Below, in pieces: positions 35,985-39,356 of a stretch of DNA of 39,356 nt (position 1 is its first letter; each line of letters starts with the position of its first letter). The notes beneath the pieces were generated by a model that worked only from the letters and a program-made list of their open reading frames with translations, made no database searches and had not been told where the DNA came from. The position numbers and the translations under genes were made by a program. The DNA is from a bacterium (GTDB lineage Bacteria > Patescibacteriota > Microgenomatia > UBA12405 > BS750m-G30): the NCBI GenBank assembly GCA_021157735.1, contig JAGGVZ010000019.1, positions 1 to 39,356 on the forward strand. The letters are read 5' to 3'.

Positions 35985-37829
35985 TCACAAAGGCCAGTCA
36001 GGAGGGTTAGTCATCTCCAGAATATACTGATTGGTCTCTTCTTCCCCCTTCTTTTTGGCATCAGGGAAAAATTCTTTATCCTCTCCCTCCAGATTATCTC
36101 CTTTTATCTCCTGTTTACCCAATCCATGGGTTTCTTCATGCTCATCGCCGGGAAGGGTAAATGGCGAGGAAACTTCCTGGGTCATCTTTGTTCCCGCTAT
36201 TTCAGAATGAGGAGAATAAATCACTTCATAAACTAGATACTCTTTGTAAATAACCTCTTTCCTTAATTCTCCGCTTATCAAATCCCTTACCCATCTTAAA
36301 ACTGCCAAGGGTAGATTGAAAATGACCTCCCCAAAAGCAACTGTTTTTTCTGTGGGCATCACCTCACCCCAATCCCCTTTGTCACCACAACTTAAAGAAG
36401 GCATCTTTGTCCCCAAAACTCCTGCTGGCTTGGCGGCGACAAATCCTCTCCCTACTTTAGCTTCTCCTTCTAAAGGAGAGTCTTTCTTCCGTGATTCTCC
36501 CGCAGTTAGCCAATCACCGGCCTGATAAATACTAGCCGCTCCTTGGGGAGCATAAGAGGCTGGCTGAAAGGTTATTTTATCTTCCCCTTCTCCCAAGCGT
36601 TTCAGCTCTCCATTGTCATCGCAATAATAAAACTCTATGTAACCTAGACAAGGAGATATCCTCTGAGGAGTTCTTTTTTTCTTTTTCTCTTCTTCATCTT
36701 CGGGAGGACGGATATTTTTCCAAAATGAAAAAACTGACTCGGCTGTATTTTTCCAAGTAGCAATTTTCATTTCCGTAAGGGCAATTCTTCTCGCCTGTCT
36801 ACTAGCGTCAGCTTCACTCTTTCCCCTGATTTTCAATCTTTTTACGGTAATCGCATAATCACAAACCTCCCCTCTTCCCGGTCCTCCTCCGGCAAATATT
36901 CCCAATTGGGCATATTCCTTTACCACCCAATTACCATTTTTGTCTTTAACCAGCAAGTACTGCTTGCCGGTTTTGTCATCCATCAAAAGAAAAGTAAAAG
37001 AGGAAAGTTCCAACCCATTGCTAGCCAGAAACTGTCTAAATTCAGGGTCGTATTTCACAATTCGCTCTATTTTTTGGGCAAAAGCACCTATTTTGGCAAT
37101 CCTTTCTTCTATGGGCAACTGCGGATCAAGGCCAATTTCCGGAATAATTAACCTTTTCCCCTGTAAAGATATTCCCATCTCACGGAGAGAAGCAACAAAA
37201 TTTTTTATTTGCCCAACTGTTTCCTCGGCAGTCTTTCCGTAACTACTGATCGACCAAACAGGAATACTCTCCAAGCAAGAAGGGCATCTTTGGGAAACCT
37301 GTCTTAAAAATTTCCGATAGTCAAACATTTCTTCTCCAAAAGGGCTTCTTCCTCCGGAGGGATTGGTAATATTTAAATTGGTTAAAGCCAAGTTAGAAAG
37401 ACCAGCGTCTAAGGCTGCTTTCAAAATTTCCGCATAGTAATCCGGATGACCATAATGATAGTTGTACTCTACAAACAAAGAAATCGTCCCTCTGTTGATT
37501 TGCTTCAGTTTGGGAAGCCAAAATTCCTCAAATCGCTGCGGGGTCGTTGCTTGCCAATCTTCTGGCTGCCACACCACATCCAAGTTATATTTGGCAGCGG
37601 TGTCTTGCACTTCTTGAATCAAATTAGGATGAGACTCCAAATCACCACTAGTTAATCTTACCGTCACCGCCCCGCCGGGATTATTTTCCCCTATTACCGC
37701 AAAAACCTCTTCATTAAATCCCCCCTCCTCATCAAAGAGATTGTTAACAATATTGTACCCTGCGCTTTGGGCAAAAACAGAAGAAGAAAAAAGAAAAAAG
37801 AAAAGAAAAAAGAAAAATACTTTCCTCAT
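35985..37829 (-). CDS. Secreted hypothetical protein (614 aa)
   Basis: Phe-rich signal peptide MRKVFFFFLFFFLFSSSVFAQS. I recognise no family. It is the last gene after four mini-pilin genes on the same strand, with a 9-nt gap. Confidence 0.7.
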   Translation of the reverse strand: MRKVFFFFLFFFLFSSSVFAQSAGYNIVNNLFDEEGGFNEEVFAVIGENNPGGAVTVRLTSGDLESHPNLIQEVQDTAAKYNLDVVWQPEDWQATTPQRFEEFWLPKLKQINRGTISLFVEYNYHYGHPDYYAEILKAALDAGLSNLALTNLNITNPSGGRSPFGEEMFDYRKFLRQVSQRCPSCLESIPVWSISSYGKTAEETVGQIKNFVASLREMGISLQGKRLIIPEIGLDPQLPIEERIAKIGAFAQKIERIVKYDPEFRQFLASNGLELSSFTFLLMDDKTGKQYLLVKDKNGNWVVKEYAQLGIFAGGGPGRGEVCDYAITVKRLKIRGKSEADASRQARRIALTEMKIATWKNTAESVFSFWKNIRPPEDEEEKKKKRTPQRISPCLGYIEFYYCDDNGELKRLGEGEDKITFQPASYAPQGAASIYQAGDWLTAGESRKKDSPLEGEAKVGRGFVAAKPAGVLGTKMPSLSCGDKGDWGEVMPTEKTVAFGEVIFNLPLAVLRWVRDLISGELRKEVIYKEYLVYEVIYSPHSEIAGTKMTQEVSSPFTLPGDEHEETHGLGKQEIKGDNLEGEDKEFFPDAKKKGEEETNQYILEMTNPPDWPL

Positions 37830-37838
37830 ACCTTCCTT

Positions 37839-38120
37839 TTATCCACCAATTTTAAACTTAGTTACCTGAACGCCGGTGATATGCTCAATGAAAAGCAAAG
37901 CAAACCACCCCAAAAAGACCAAAATCAACCCAAAAACAGCATAGGTAATGGTGTTTTTGGCTTTCTGCAATCCTTCCTTCTCTCCTCCCGCGGTAATCAA
38001 CTGGAATCCCCCCACCAAAAACATTAACCCCGTTGCCAACCCTAAAAAGGGAAGGGCTTTCTCCAGCACCCTCCCTATCACTTCCCCAAATGAACCCAAT
38101 GTCGGTACATCAGACACCAT
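37839..38120 (-). CDS. VirB2/TrbC-like mini-pilin, paralog 3
   Basis: 93 aa. Helix-loop-helix: GLMFLVGGFQLITAGGEKEGLQKAKNTITYAVFGLILVFLGW. Confidence 0.72.
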   Translation of the reverse strand: MVSDVPTLGSFGEVIGRVLEKALPFLGLATGLMFLVGGFQLITAGGEKEGLQKAKNTITYAVFGLILVFLGWFALLFIEHITGVQVTKFKIGG

Positions 38121-38126
38121 TTTGCT

Positions 38127-38504
38127 TTACTCTTGATTTCCGGTAAAAGTGGGGATACTCAGCTGGAATAGATCTCCCACACCAAATACTGTTCCAATCA
38201 GCTTAACGATTGCCCAAGCGGCAAAAACAATTGCCAAACCTACCAGAGCATGAGTAACATGACCGCGGGCAGCTTTTACCTTAGCCTCATCTCCTTGAGA
38301 CAAAATCCATTTCACCCCTCCATATATCAACATAAAGAAAAAAACTAAGGCGGCGATGACAATAGAAAAATTCACCAACCCGCCTACTATTCCTGACACC
38401 GTTAAGTCCTGCAGCTGGTGAAAATTCTTCCTAGGACTAATGTCTATTACGTCTGCTTCTCCTGCATAAACAGCTTTAATTAAAGAAGAAACCACTTTTC
38501 TCAC
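38127..38504 (-). CDS. VirB2/TrbC-like mini-pilin, paralog 4
   Basis: 125 aa. Helix-loop-helix: FFFMLIYGGVKWILSQGDEAKVKAARGHVTHALVGLAIVFAAW. Confidence 0.75.
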   Translation of the reverse strand: MRKVVSSLIKAVYAGEADVIDISPRKNFHQLQDLTVSGIVGGLVNFSIVIAALVFFFMLIYGGVKWILSQGDEAKVKAARGHVTHALVGLAIVFAAWAIVKLIGTVFGVGDLFQLSIPTFTGNQE

Positions 38505-38573
38505 CTCCTTGCCTTTTTTAACCCTTTAACATCTGTAAATTATAGCAAGCCAACTTCTTTAAGGCAACAAAAA

Positions 38574-38978
38574 TTATTGGCCATAGTAAGAAGGGATTGT
38601 CCTTTTGGGACTATACTGATCTCCCCAATCCTGAATAAAAGGCACCAAAGGCAAACGTAGTTTTTCCAGCCCCTCTACTCCAAAAATCCTTCCTATCAGT
38701 TTAATCCCTGCAAAAACCAGGAAAATAATTACCAAACCAATCAAAGCGTTCTGGATTTGCCCCCGCGCCGCTTTCACTTTCTCTTCGCTTCCTGAAGAAA
38801 GAATCCACTTTATCCCTCCTATCAGAAACTGCAAGAAAAAGAAAACTACTCCTCCTGTCAACAGCAAGTCAATTGTCTGAGAAATTAAATTTCCCACCAC
38901 ACTTCCTCCTCTCTCTCTCGAGGGGCCGGAGAGCGGTGCTGGCAAGATAGGATTTCTCAACCTTGCTAGTAATTTCAT
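38574..38978 (-). CDS. VirB2/TrbC-like mini-pilin, paralog 5
   Basis: 134 aa. Helix-loop-helix: FFFLQFLIGGIKWILSSGSEEKVKAARGQIQNALIGLVIIFLVF. Confidence 0.75.
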   Translation of the reverse strand: MKLLARLRNPILPAPLSGPSRERGGSVVGNLISQTIDLLLTGGVVFFFLQFLIGGIKWILSSGSEEKVKAARGQIQNALIGLVIIFLVFAGIKLIGRIFGVEGLEKLRLPLVPFIQDWGDQYSPKRTIPSYYGQ

Positions 38979-38979
38979 C

Positions 38980-39333
38980 TTATCGCCAAATTCCCCCCAA
39001 TAAACTACTTAAATCAAGGAAATCTACTCCAAAAAGATAACTTATCAAACTCAAAACCACCATCGCCAGCAGAACTATTACCAAGCCAATAACGCTTTGA
39101 GAAAGTCGGCTTTGGGCTTGTTTTATCTTCTGGGCATCACCTCCGGAAGAAATCCACTGAAACCCCGTGAAAATTATCTGAAAAAGAAAATACACCACGG
39201 CAGCAACAGAAAGAATGCCAATCAAGGCAGAAATCATCTGCTCCAGTTTCCTTACTGGCTCTTCTCCCACTTCTCCTATCTTCCCTACTCCTTCAAGGGG
39301 TAGATATTCCGCTGCCAGCAATTTTTCTCTCAT
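38980..39333 (-). CDS. VirB2/TrbC-like mini-pilin, paralog 6
   Basis: 117 aa. Helix-loop-helix: VVYFLFQIIFTGFQWISSGGDAQKIKQAQSRLSQSVIGLVIVLLAM. Confidence 0.75.
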   Translation of the reverse strand: MREKLLAAEYLPLEGVGKIGEVGEEPVRKLEQMISALIGILSVAAVVYFLFQIIFTGFQWISSGGDAQKIKQAQSRLSQSVIGLVIVLLAMVVLSLISYLFGVDFLDLSSLLGGIWR

Positions 39334-39356
39334 TCTGGACCGTAGAGTTTAGGAAC

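Noticed and set aside
37767-37830. Purine-rich A/G tract (aaaagaaaaaagaaaag...) considered as a regulatory repeat or slippage site
   Set aside because: It is the antisense of TTT/TTC/CTT codons encoding the Phe/Leu-rich signal peptide of the 614-aa protein. There is no evidence of phase-variable length from a single sequence.

Overview
39.4-kb window from a small-genome, moderately AT-rich bacterium. By inference it looks like a Candidate Phyla Radiation (Patescibacteria) member: compact overlapping genes, unlinked and insertion-bearing rRNA genes, many VirB2/TrbC-like mini-pilins, and a PrgI/VirB4 module. The left 8 kb is housekeeping and DNA repair: family-4 UDG, efp with epmA, nitroreductase, AmmeMemoRadiSam A/B, an MGMT-like protein, a 2-oxoacid:ferredoxin oxidoreductase, an Nfo-Mpg fusion and tRNA-Val. 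On the minus strand, tRNA-Ala(UGC) is followed by a 3.2-kb 23S rRNA that runs straight into rpsA, with no 5S. The 16S rRNA lies about 8.6 kb upstream on the same strand, separated by opposite-strand protein genes. Between and beyond the rRNA genes lie these elements. (a) A polytopic membrane protein convergent with a 902-aa E/K-rich orphan. (b) A five-gene operon: 7TM protein, an ATP-grasp/retropepsin fusion, a RimK-type ATP-grasp and two mini-pilins. (c) tRNA-Ile(UAU), a transketolase C-half and a 5'-3' exonuclease. (d) A PrgI-like / VirB4-N-like / VirB4 ATPase module translationally coupled to two tandem class A PBPs, with a convergent beta-lactamase-fold protein. (e) A minus-strand operon of four more mini-pilins, a 614-aa secreted orphan, a class II aldolase and a PfkB kinase. 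The most unusual signals are in the rRNA genes. (1) About 18 hairpins in 16S and 23S share one stem sequence (YCCGAC-loop-GUCGGR), some as identical 18-19-mers, replacing variable helix tips or inserted into conserved sequence. (2) A homologous ~130-nt AT-rich inverted-repeat element, flanked by GC mini-hairpins, is inserted in both 16S and 23S. All helix and position assignments come from manual comparison with remembered E. coli and B. subtilis rRNA and need covariance-model confirmation.
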